A stretch of 54,644 nucleotides of DNA from Octopus bimaculoides. Its lineage: Eukaryota. Position 1 is the stretch's first letter. Each line of letters starts with the position of its first letter. The notes beneath the pieces are model-generated. The model was given only the letters and a program-made list of their open reading frames with translations, was not told the DNA's origin and made no database searches. The translations under genes and the position numbers were made by a program. The DNA is taken from the NCBI RefSeq assembly GCF_001194135.2, contig NC_068982.1, positions 69,848,097-69,902,740 of the forward strand. Reading direction: 5' to 3'. Below are positions 37,758-49,480 of the stretch, in pieces.

Positions 37758-37974
37758 GGGCCACTCCAAAACTGTGATTTTCTTGCTAGAAAACCAAGCT
37801 TTAGTGCTTTTTGACACATGCTTGGGATCATTATCTTGTTGAAACTTTAAATTGCGACCCTAGCGCAGAGCAGTTTTGGAGTGGCCCAGCCAGTCTCCAG
37901 ACCTCAATCCTATAGAAAATTATACAAAATATATAAATTTTCAAAGGGGGTGTAGACTTTTGCAAGGCACTGTA
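37758..37974. mobile_element. Rearranged Tc1 (DD34E) transposon remnant with one terminal repeat
   Basis: The minus strand reads [18 protein letters not shown]...VLEWP. The plus strand at 37873-37920 reads VLEWPSQSPDLNPIEN. The end TTTTGCAAGGCACTG-TA is a Tc1-type terminus. Confidence 0.8.
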
Positions 37975-38847
37975 ATAAGAGTAACCTGATGGATGAAACT
38001 AGTAGTGCATGCATATCTCTGAAGGTTACGAAATAAACCCAATGTAAAATCTCTGTCATCAGTGATGTAGCAGCAGAAGTCCCACTGATAATATTGTATA
38101 TACATGTATATCTAAAGCAGTCAGCAAGTGTTCTGTCAAACTGGTATTTCATCTGACTGATATTTTCTTTTGAAAGTGGCAAAGGTTGTCTGCAAGTTTT
38201 CTGTTGGACTGATATTTTATCTGGTGTTTTCTTTTGAAAGTGGAAAAAAGTTCATTGTTGTTTAGATGTAACTTTGAAGGTAAATAAATACATTTTCCAT
38301 CATTATATACTGTGTTTTATTACTCTATGGTGATTTTTTAATCATTTATTAAAAAAGTTCTTAACATACACTTTATTAAAAGATATCAAGTAGCCTAATA
38401 GGTTCTCAAAAAAAATTGGCTGGCATGTGGAAGAATTTTGTATCAGAGATTTTGCCAGTTTTGGCACGCACTCTCAAAAAGGTTACTCACCCCTGGACTA
38501 GAGTGTTAGAAACACCTTCTTTGCTAGAAATAAGAGCTAAAATGCTCTAATGCCATAGTCAAACCACATAATTGTATACATATATATTGACACGGATTAT
38601 AATCATCTGAAAACACCATTCAAGAATTCCTAATACTGACCAGTCAGTTTCAGCAATTTCTGTTGCCTCATCAGTAAGGACTGGCTGGAATTTGGCAGAT
38701 TCCAGACTTAATTCTGAGAATATATATTTTCACCATAGAAATCTCTGGATGATTTAGCGAATCACTAATGTGTATACAGAAAATTAATATAGACAGCGGT
38801 TTGAAATGTTTTACCAAAAAGGAAAACTATAATTATCACTAAATATG

Positions 38848-39110
38848 ACTAGAGTGTTAGAAACATCTACATTGCTAGAAATAATAGCTAAAATTCTCTA
38901 ATGCTGTAATCAAAACACATAATTGTATACATATATACAGACAGGGACTATAATCATCTGAAAACACTTCGAGAATTCCTTATACGGACTGGTGTTTTTG
39001 GACGATTATAGTCCCTCTGAGTAAATATGAATACAATTATGTGCTTTGACTACAGAATTAAAGCATTTTAGCTTTTATTTTAGCAATGCAGATGTCTCTA
39101 ACACCCTAGT
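38848..39110. mobile_element. Foldback/MITE-like element with ~107-bp inverted arms, plus a direct partial copy at 38496-38640
   Basis: ACTAGAGTGTTAGAAACATC...ACAGGGACTATAATC pairs with GATTATAGTCCCTCTG...CTAACACCCTAGT. Spacer about 48 bp. Confidence 0.75.
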
Positions 39111-39547
39111 GTTAGAACTTCCTCCACCCAATTCTTATTCTTGAAACAATACTTTCAGAGCATCCTCCACCATTGCTAATTTGGTTGCCTAGGTAACAGA
39201 AACTATCTACAACCTCAAGAGAGCCTACTGGGCATTTGAGAGAATCTAATTCTCATGTGCTCTTAGTGCTTATTGTTCCTGCACATCTGCCACATATAAA
39301 GACTACTTTATCTGTTAATCTACCTGTGATTCCACTGCACCTCTAATGTATCTATAGTTTACACTGGGTACAGCGAATGGAATTTCTTCCAACTCCTTTC
39401 CTACATATTCAGCAGGGCCATTTTGCTGATGGAGAGAGAGTTTTATCTTCTTTCTTACTAACACTTTTGTCTTAGCTAGGTTAACTTTAAGGCTCTTTGA
39501 TTCCAGGTTTTGTTTTCATATCTGGAATTTCTTCTCAAATTCTGCTA

Positions 39548-39578
<31 letters not shown>

Positions 39579-39579
39579 T

Positions 39580-39618
<39 letters not shown>

Positions 39619-39679
39619 CACACACACACACACATGCAAACACATATTTTGCATGTGTGTTTGTGTATGTGGTACAGGG

Positions 39680-40420
39680 TATTTCGGCTAAATTTGACAG
39701 TTTGCACCAGAGGCATCCAAAAATAGAAGTATTTTTTAAAAAATAAAAAAATTTCAACTAGATTATGGTTGAGAGATAACAGTTTACTCAAAGTAGCTGC
39801 ATTCAGCTTCCACTATGGCCTCAAAATGGCTCTAGAACCTGGTGCATGTGTTCCTCACTGTGTCTCTGGGAAGATCTTCAAAGACCTCCCTAATGTTGGC
39901 CACCAACTCAGCCTTGGAGTTGCAGACAGAGCAGTCAGTGTGCTTCTCAACCACACTCTACACATAGCAATCCATGGTATTACAGTTGGAGGAATTAGGA
40001 AGCTGGAAATTGGGACTGATACAGTGATAGAAATCCTCCAACAATGACTTCTGAATTTTCCTAGAGTTATGTATGGTAAGGAGCTGAATCCTACTGCCAC
40101 ACATATAGCCTTCCAACAGAAGCTCTCTCCAGTCAGAGTTTGACCACAATCTCCAGCATCTTCACAGAGGTATCTGAATTGAGCTTAAAGCCCTGTTCAT
40201 AGGTGGGATCAGCATGCTGTCACTCTCACAAGCGACACACTTAAAGACCATCATAATCTGGAGGAACTTGGTTTTTGTGATACATGGGACACATCTTACA
40301 ACCTTTACAGTGTTCACAAAACATTGAGCAGTTGTCATGGTGTCAGTATTTTGACACTCGGCATAAATTAACACAATACAGGTAACTCTTTTCCAATATC
40401 CAGATGGCTTCCAATGTCAG
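39680..40420 (-). mobile_element. Internally deleted Tc1/mariner-superfamily transposon (copy 2)
   Basis: Reverse complement matches 12800-13590 (CCAACATTAGGGAGGTCTTTGAAGATCTTCCCAGAGACACAGTGAG...). Confidence 0.75.
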
Positions 40421-43390
40421 CTATGTCAGCCAACTTTTATCTCTATGCTCTCCAACACCATTGACACTTCATCAATATATCAAGATGTTCCTGAAAAAAG
40501 GAGACGTAAAACATAATGCTAAATTTAGCCCAAATACCTGGTACTGTCATCATCATCGTCGTCGTTGTCATCATCATCATCATCATCATCACTCTTTAAC
40601 ATCCGTTTTCCCTGCTGGCATGGGTTGGACAGTTTAACCAGAGCTGGCAAGCAGGAGAGCTGCACCAGGTTCTAGTCTGATTTGGCCTGGTTTTTATGGT
40701 TGGAAACCCTTCTTCATGCCAACCACTTTACTGGGTGCTTTTATGTGACACTGGCACTAGTGTTTTTTATGTGGCACTGGTACAAGACTCTTGCAGGCCA
40801 ATCCTCTTCACTAGGGAATGTGGCCTTAACACTTCTGCTGTGGAGGATGTGTCTTCTTGAGTAGAGCAAGTTGTCAGATATCCTGGTCTTTTGTCATTTT
40901 CTCTGAAAAGTTCAGTGTCCTGAGGTTGTCTTTCAGTTCTTCATTCCATGTCTTCCTGGGTCTCCCTCTTCCACAAATTTCATCCACTTCAAGTGATCAG
41001 CACTTCTTTATGGAGCTGTTGACATCCATCCACATCACATGACCAAACCAGCACAGTCTTCTCTCTTGCACAAGTACTCTCCATTCAATCAGTTCCCATT
41101 TCATGTCACCCTCCTCTTCACACATATCATCCACTGCTCTTCCCCGCCATCCTGATACCCCTTTTCTCTCTTGCTATCCAGATCCATCTCACTTGTTAGC
41201 CAGTCTTCATCCATTAATATTCTTCTCCATACCCATGTTACAGTGGGCCATCCCCGCTCCCTGGACCACCAAATTGTCTCTCCTCATGCATTACACCAGT
41301 TTATCTCACTACTCTGCTTCTACAGCCGACCCAAACACATCATCTCTCTTCTCCCTTCTACTGTCAATAATATCATGACCACTCTGCTGCCAGCATTCCT
41401 GTAGTCTCCCAAACTTGTGCACCCCCTACCCTCAACCCTTCCTCAATCTCTACAGATGTTACTGACATCTTTCTCCCACTTCCGGCTGGAGAAACCATGT
41501 CAAAGCAGATATTGGAGCACAATGCAATCCTTCAGCTCATCAGATATCCTTGTCAAACCATCCAACTTATACCAGCATGGAACATGGACATAAAATAATG
41601 ATGATGATTTCAGGCTACAGATAGAAAAGGCAATGGACTTTTGTATTATGACAACAGTACAATATCACTGAATTCTCTCGGTCATGTTCAGAATTCCTAA
41701 CTGTATAAACATGTTCTATACATAATGAAACTTTTCCATACTAACACATATTTTCTCAAAACACTAAGTAAAATAAAACAAATGAAATATATCCAAACAG
41801 AGAGGAACAACTATTTCAAACTTTAGATTTGGCTGATCAAGAATTTGTATCTGCATTATGTCACTGCTTATCTCCATTACAATTGTTTTAATTTTTTTTT
41901 TTTTTTCAAGTGTTTTACAGAAAAAATAGACCAGACGTAAATAGGATACTTTTGAAGAAGTGTCCACATGATTCACAGTAAAACAAAACTTCATTCCTCA
42001 ATGTTGACTCACACTAGATTCCATGTCATCAGACATGACAAAAGATAAAACTTTTATTGAGAGAAATTCTTCAATGCATTTCACACTCACACACTGTGTA
42101 CCATGTATAGTGCCATTCCATTATCTATTGAATGAATAAAATGGTCTCATTCTTCCATTCTAATGTTATACTGCTGAATTTAAAAAAAAAAAAAAGCTGT
42201 AAATCTTGAAGCTTTTGTAGTTAATATTTAATACTGCAGGGTGCAGGCATGGAAGGTGCAGGCATAGCTGTGTGGTTAAGAGGTTTGCTTTCCAACCATG
42301 TGGTTTCAGGTTCAGTTCCACTGCATGACACCTTGGGTAAGAGTGTTCTACTATAACCCTAGGCTAACCAAAAGTTAGTGGATTTGGTAGATGGAAACTG
42401 AAAGGATCCCATTGTGTGTATGTGTGTGTGTGTATGTGTGTGTGTGTGCATGCATGCGTATGTGTGTTTGTGCCTCCTCATCTCGACACCATGTGACAGT
42501 TGTAAATAAGTTCCACCATCATACAAGCAGTGTTATTCATTTCCAATCTTCCATTAAAACATGTCCAGGCATAGGGAAATACTCCTGCATTTGAAAAGAA
42601 ATGAGTTGGCAACAGGAGAGGTTAACTGACTATAGAAAAATCTGCCTCAACCAATTCCATCTGATCTATGCAAGTATGGAAAAGCGTACGTAAAGGATAA
42701 AAAGGGACATTAAGGATAAATGATAAAGTCAATCCTGTAAGTATACTGGTCTCATAGACAAGTGACGTTTGTCTATATGAGACTTGAAACGGGAGGAGGC
42801 AATGATGTATACTACCTAAAGTGTTAACAGGTTATACTTTATATACATCAAAAACTAGAATAAAAAACTCACTATTCTCTTTTTCTCTTTTGAGTCAGGA
42901 AAGGACAGTACATATCGCACTTTACAGAGCCTCTGAGACTGATGAGAAGGATGGTGAAAGATATCCACAAACCAGAGACCTTATCTATATTCTTGCAGCA
43001 CAGTGGACTGTATGGAAAGTAATTTAAAATGCCATGAAGTGGTGTTAAACTGGATAGTGGATTGACCCTTTACCTGTCCTGTGTATCACATAGGATACAC
43101 ATGACATATTCCCCTGGTGTCCACACATTCCCAGTTTTCTTCAACCACTAGAGTAACTTGGGACTTATGGAAGGAATGCTTTATATTACCCAGAACACAT
43201 ATTACTCAGAACGTATGAAGCAAGGGCTAGCTAAAAGTCTGAAAACAAGCATGGACATTTAGAACAAACTTATGGAAATGCTTTGGACAGGCAAAGGGTT
43301 AAGTCAACCGAATTCCATGGTGGAATTTTAACCTTTCATGGTCTACTTCAGTTATAGGCTTAATCTGTCTAGATTATTTACATTCTAGAT

Positions 43391-43687
43391 CAGGGGTTTT
43401 CAAACTTTTTGACTTGCGGACCCCTTTATCTTTCAGGCTTTACCTTAGGGACCCCCCTTATAAACACTTATGAAATTTATACATAAATATTTGCTTAAAA
43501 TAACATATTTTTACATTTATTTATTTAACAGTATTTAACAAATAGGTTTATTGTCAATTAAAAGATTTTGATTAAAAAACATATATAAAATCAAGTTGCC
43601 CATAAAAAGTATTTGCTGTCTACGGACCCCCCTGTCTTGTCTTTGTGGACCCCCTGTGGTCCACAGACCACAATTTGAAAACCCCTG
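43391..43687. mobile_element. hAT (Charlie/MER5-like) MITE, 297 bp
   Basis: Perfect 14-bp TIRs CAGGGGTTTTCAAA / TTTGAAAACCCCTG. Perfect 8-bp TSD TTCTAGAT (43383-43390 and 43688-43695), fitting the hAT NTCTAGAN target. Repeated GGACCCC subterminal motifs. Confidence 0.92.
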
Positions 43688-44090
43688 TTCTAGATGGATG
43701 GACAAAATGCACAGCAGCATTTCTTCTGAGTTCAACTGCTGCTGAGGTCAACTTTGCCTTTCATCCTTTTGGAATCTATAAAATAAATACCATTGAGTAC
43801 CAGGGTCAATGTAACCGATCATCCCCCTCCACTCCACAAAACTTCAGGTTTTGTGTTTATGGTAAAAAGATTTACATTCTGAATGCTAATAACCAAAATA
43901 AATACTGCAAGGCATCTTGTCTTATCTAACACTTAGTACTTTTTTTACCGACCCCAAAAAGATAAGTAGCAAAGGATTTGAACTCAAATACTGTGAGAAG
44001 TTCTATGTGATGGTCTAATGACTCTGGCAATTTGTCATCTTTAGTGAATGAAAGGGAAATAAAGGAGAGAAAAATTAATGCATGACTTAC

Positions 44091-44250
44091 TCTTGAAATC
44101 TAATCTGAGATGCAGAACATAATCAAAATCAATGCCCTCTTTTTTAACAATTTCTCCAGCCTCATACTTTGGTCCTTGTTCTTCAACTGCTTGAAGTAAC
44201 ATACCTTCCTCAATAACTGCTGGTTCAATGGAATCATAGAGGCGGCTCAT
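44091..44250 (-). CDS. DRC3: DRC3 first coding exon (MSRLYDSIEPAVIEEGML...VLHLRLDFK), 160 coding nt, phase 1; exon starts at 44255
   Basis: Matches the DRC3 N-terminus (vertebrate EPRVMDDDMLKLAVGDQGPQEEAGQLAKQEGI..VLSLQLDFR). Acceptor TTTATTTCTTAG lies 5 nt before the ATG; donor A|GTAAGT. Confidence 0.95.
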
Positions 44251-46143
44251 TGTATCTAAGAAATAAAAACATATTTTTTAAATGTCAAATAGCATAAATC
44301 TTATAAAAGAAATATGGCAGATGAGTAGTTAAGGTGCTAAAGGTAAACACTGCAAAACAACTTACTGCAAATATTATATTGATGCCTTAAGTAAGGTCTT
44401 TGAAGCAGTCTGCTGAAAACATAACTCCCTGACACTTTATAGTTAGCTTCCCTTTTTTCGGAAACATTATCTTTTTTTATAAGAACTGCATTTCACTGCA
44501 GAACTATCTAGCATTAATTGATGTAATGCAAATATAGCAAATCTTTGACTTAGGTAATCCCTTGTGATGTTAAAAACAAGATTTAAACTCTCTGTCAATC
44601 TAGTGTCTTATAAAGAAGTTTTTTTTTTATCTGGATCACAAGACACTCAGCACAGAATCAACAATACAAATGCAGATCCAATGGACTGATGTTTCTCAAA
44701 CCATGCCCAGGGTAATTTTAGCCTTCTATTTCTTTAGATTGAAAAAACAAAATGCCAAATTGACTAAAATTGTGGACCTACTTATAGTGGGACCATCAAC
44801 TCATAAATGTTCTGTATTCAATGCCCATTTTATTTATCATATAAAGTAGTATAACTAGAGTTTGTACAATTTGGGTTGTCTTTGACTTTGGCCCCAACTC
44901 ATGAAAAACACATGATAAAGATTTCTAATTTAGGTACAAGGTGAACAATTTTTAGGGGAGGGGTTTAGTTGATACCATCAGCCCTAGTACTTGATAGGTA
45001 CTTTATTTTATCAACCCCAGAGGGATGAAATACAAAGGTGACTATGGCAGAATTTGAACTCAGAACATAAAGAAAAGAACTGGAACAAATGCTACAAGGT
45101 ATTTTTTTCTGATGTTTTTGTGATTCCTTTGCAGCCCACTATCTGATATAATACACAATGTAATACTCATCAAAAGTGCCATTATCCCAAAAATGCCACC
45201 CACAGTGGGCCACACCCTTTAGCTTGCTTTTATTATTAATAAATTTCACTTCAATGCAGATGATATCACTTTACCCCTTCCTTATCTTCCTACGTACAAG
45301 CTTTGTCCATGTGCAGCCTAGACACTTCATGTCAAACCTATCTCCAATGGGTACACAATAAACTGGTCTCCTTCACTGCATATATCAAAGAAACAGTATT
45401 GAACCTCTTCCTTTCTAGTCTTGAAGAACAGACAATTAAACTCCTCAAAGTAGCAATGTATTCAATGCATTACAATTACAAGCAACCTTTCCAACATAGT
45501 AAACACTTTACCCTAAATACTAACCTTCCTCTTCAAAACCAGAAAGATGATTCAATTCTGAACACCTTTTGAACCTCAATAATGCTCAAATAAGACCCAA
45601 ATTGAAAAGTCCACAACTAAAAGGAAATCATTTGACCAATAGACAAGGACTCTTTCACCAATTCATTTCAACCACTAGTACACTGATGTACTGATCCCAG
45701 TCTTCCTTTTCTCTAATAACAACAGCCTTTGCTCCTTACAGATAACTATCTGCATACCATCCCCACTAAAACTCTTTTTATCCCCCATACTGTATCTACC
45801 CTCCCAGGCCCACAGCCCATTTTTATTTCCAACTGTTTCTTTCTTTCTTCTTATACTGTCAACCATCTGGAATTACTGGTGGACTTTTGGAATAGCTATG
45901 ACTACCTTCCTCATGGGCAAGGAACTAGGTGGCTGTTTGTTTCTTCCTTCAGTATTCCACTGTTTCTTGCAATGGGAATTACAATGGTGAAAGAATTTTT
46001 TTCTAAAAATTCCATTTTTACATTTTTGCTTCTCAATTCCTTGCCCTTTTTCTTTTCTTTTCCATGATTTTAGCTATTCCTAAACTCTGCCGAATTCATT
46101 TCCTGCAACAGTTTTTTTTATTTCCCCAAGTCATTGATACATA

Positions 46144-47390
46144 CCGTAAAAACTCATGTAATTTACACACTTTTTTTTGCAAAAATAAAAATAAACTTTA
46201 GGAGGTGCGTAAATTACATGAGTTGATCATTTCCAGAATTTATTTTGTACAAAACAAACATTCATATTGGAAATTGACTCACTTCATGTCAGAATAGGTT
46301 TTGACAGAATAAATAATGGCTTAAATATAATGAAGTTAACTTTTATTTATGCTGGATGATATAATACTTACTTTTTCAATATAAATTTACTAAAACCATT
46401 AAATGGTTAACTACTTTTTGAAATCTAAGGTTCATGCTGGTAAACACAGTCCAGGCCATATTTTACATTGCTTGGAGTATTTTACATATTTTACATTGCT
46501 TGGAGTTTCTACCTGTCACAATGACTGAAAAAAATGTAATGATATGGATAATCTTGATTGTATGTTTTTATTTTTGTCTGTTTATTACTAGGCACAGTTT
46601 TAAGTTTGTTGTATTGTTTATGCCAATTTCAAACATTAGCTTCGTTAACATTAAAATGCCTTCTGGCAGCTATATTGCCACATTCAAATGCATATTCAAT
46701 ATATTTAATTGCTCCTTTTCAATAAACAATTCATAAGTTCTGCCCATACGAACAATAATGGTAATGACTAATTTTAAAGTTTGCTTGACATTTTATAAAT
46801 GTGAAAGGGACTAAAATTTCGATACTCCATATCAAAGGTTCCGACAAGAATAAGCAGAAAAGAATTCTGTTTGCATAATCAGTTTGATCAGTCGCCTTCC
46901 TCTGCTAGTTGAGTAAAGAGTCATCCAAGCTGATGTTTATTGGTAGTTAAACTTAATTTGCAACTCCTGTACATAATTATCGGCTTTGTTTTTGTTGATA
47001 ATTCTTATCAACAACTTTTCCTGTGATCGTGATTTGAGACAACATACAGCAGTATGCTAAAGATCAGACAATCGGTTGTGGGCAAGAAATGTAAAATAAA
47101 GTTCATTATAAACAACACAAACACTTTGTAATTTAATAGTTTTCAATATGATACCTGTTAAATAGAAATTACTTTTATTCAATGAAAATTTTATAAAATC
47201 TAATCAAAAGTAAGTGAAACTATACTAAATACAAATAAATTGAAAACATTCTTCCCTTGGCCATATTGGCAATTCTGAAAACATTTGGATGTGAATTTTA
47301 CATGAGTAGAAGCTTTTTTTTTAACAAATTTTATCCTGAAAATTACCAGCGTAAATTATACATGTGTGCAAATTACATGGGTTTTTACGG
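46144..47390. mobile_element. Non-autonomous Tc1/mariner-superfamily (pogo-like) DNA transposon, 1247 bp
   Basis: TIRs CCGTAAAAACTCATGTAATTTACACAC / GTGTGCAAATTACATGGGTTTTTACGG (2 mismatches), with TA duplicated on both sides. Subterminal GCGTAAATTA motifs. No intact transposase ORF. Confidence 0.8.
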
Positions 47391-47487
47391 TATATAAAAC
47401 TACAAAAAGGGAAAACTGAGATGAAAGGAAACATTTCAATTCAGCTTTTCATTTAATATCATTATTATTCAGAACTGTAATTGCATC

Positions 47488-48838
47488 AGCCAAAATGCTA
47501 AGTAGCATTTCTTCCACTTTATGTTCTGGTTCAAATTCCACTGAAGTCAACTTTGCCTTTCATCCTCTTGAGATCAATAAAATAAGTACCAGTTGAGCAC
47601 TGAGGTCAATGTAATTGACTAGCCTCCTACCCACAAAAATGTCAGGCCTTGAGCCTACAATAGAAAGGATTTAAAGATAGTGAGCTGACAGAATGGTTAG
47701 TATGTTAGCCAAAATTCTTAGAGGCATTTCATCCATCTTTATATTCAAATTCTGCTAAGGTCAACTTTGTTTTTCATCCCTTTGGAGTTGATGAAATAAG
47801 TACCAGTTGAGCACTGGAGTTGATATAATTGATTAGGCCTCTTACTTGAAATGTCAGGTCTTGTGCTTATAGAAGAGAAGAAACAATTATTATTATTATT
47901 ATTATTATCATTAAGACACAAAGCTGGCAGAATCATTAGCACACCAGGCAAAATACTAAGCGGTATTTCACCTGTTGCTATATTCTGAGTTCAAATTCCG
48001 CTGAGGTCAACTTCGTCTTTCATCCTTTCAGGCTTGATAAATTAGGTATCAGTGAAACACTGAGGTCGATGAAATCCACTAGTCCCCTACCCACAAATTT
48101 CAGGCCTTGTGCTTATAGTACAAAGCATTATTATTATTATTATTATTTTGTTGTTGTTGTTGTTGTTATTGTTATTGTTATTATTATGATGATGATGATG
48201 ATGATGGTAGAGAGCTGGCAGGACCGTTAGCGCTATTTCGTCTGTCATCACATTCTGAATTCAAATTTCACCAAGGTCGACTTTGCCTTTCATCCTTTTG
48301 GGGTCAACAAAATAAGTACCATTTGAACACTGGAGTCAATGTAATCAACTACCTCTACCCAACAGATTTCAGGCCTTGTGACTATAGTAGAAAGGATTAT
48401 TATTATTATTATTATTATTCAAAATTGTTACCACACGAAACAAAATGCTTAGCAGCATTTCTCCCACCTTTACATCCTGAGTTCAAATTCTGCTGAGGTC
48501 GACTTCGCCTTACATTTCTTTGGGGTCAATAGAATAGCGTACCTGCCAAGTACTGGAGTCAGTGTAATCAACCAGATCCCTCCCGCAAAAGTTTAGGTCT
48601 TGTGCCTTACAGTAAAAAAGGTTTGTTATTATTCAGAAACATTACCACGTTGAACAAAATGCTTAGCGTTGTTTCATCCAGCTTTACGTTCTGAGTTCAA
48701 GTTACGCGAGGTTGACTTTGTCTTTCATCTTTTGGGTTCGATGAAATAAATAACAGTTAAACACTGAGATGATATAATCGACTAACGCCCTCCCTCAAAA
48801 ATTCAGGTTTTGTGTCTTTAGTAGAAAGCATTATTATT
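47488..48838 (+). mobile_element. Head-to-tail array of about 6 family-B SINE copies separated mostly by (ATT)n tails
   Basis: GTTCAAATT..TGAGGTC.ACTTTG..TTTCATCC repeats in the same orientation, starting at about 47490, 47680, 47915, 48210, 48440 and 48650. Confidence 0.85.
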
Positions 48839-49107
48839 CCACATTTTCCACAATAATATACTAGTTTTTTTTAAACATACACGTTTAATTATATTATGTC
48901 ATTTTCGACATTATTTATATATATATATAATGAAAACTATTTGAAATAAATAAAATGAAAAGACGTTCTGAAAGTGTTTATCGAGGTTTTAACAACATAA
49001 CAGAAAATGCCATTATTTACATAGCACGTGTTTTAAAATAGAAATGACAAACCATATTTGATAGCGGAATATTCATATTAGTGTAGGTGTTTGCTAGTAA
49101 GACTTAC

Positions 49108-49200
49108 TGCTGATATTTCGGGCCTATTTTAATTCAGAATCGAGCTTTTCTATACAAATTTTGATGATGCTATTCACTTTTCTCGGTAATTTCACCGCGT
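49108..49200 (-). other. DRC3: Probable non-coding first exon of DRC3 (left boundary firm, TSS approximate)
   Basis: The ATG exon has an acceptor at 44256, so an upstream exon is required. A perfect donor GCA|GTAAGT lies at 49107 in a CpG-retaining region. The segment has no upstream ATG. Confidence 0.6.
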
Positions 49201-49422
49201 CAAGCTGTTGTCAAGGTTACGGGCATATCCGTAGAATATATTTAGGTTAAAATTTAATTCTTAATAGTTATTTTAAAATTTCATTTTCATAAACTATAAT
49301 TTATTGTTTTAATTTTAAATAATAATAATTGGTATTTAATGATTTGTGAAGAAAATATACATTGCTAAAAATAAAAATCAGCAAAACTTAGTGACGTCAT
49401 TGTATGGAAGTCAAAAATCAAA
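49200..49422. promoter_or_regulatory. Compact bidirectional promoter (DRC3 <- -> TOM1/TOM1L2)
   Basis: RFX X-box-like GTTGTCAAGGTTAC (49207-49220), palindromic CRE TGACGTCA (49392-49399), ETS-like GGAAGT (49406-49411) and YY1-like AAAATGGC overlapping the ATG (49420-49427). Confidence 0.7.
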
Positions 49423-49480
49423 ATGGCAGCTCTGTTTGGACACGGAAATCCTTTGAGTACTCCTGTCGGACAGTTAATCG
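49423..49480 (+). CDS. TOM1L2: TOM1/TOM1L2 family (VHS-domain endosomal adaptor) first coding exon: MAALFGHGNPLSTPVGQLI+G, phase 1
   Basis: GNPLSTPVGQLI(E) matches the TOM1-family N-terminus (MEFLLGNPFSTPVGQ..E). It is followed by G|GTAAAT at the same phase-1 position, with a strong start context AAAATGG. Too short for the ORF track. No second exon found in the window. Confidence 0.85.

Noticed and set aside
47488-48838. Regularly spaced repeats superficially like a CRISPR array
   Set aside because: Units are about 200-bp diverged SINEs with microsatellite tails in a spliceosomal gene; no short identical repeats, unique spacers or cas genes.
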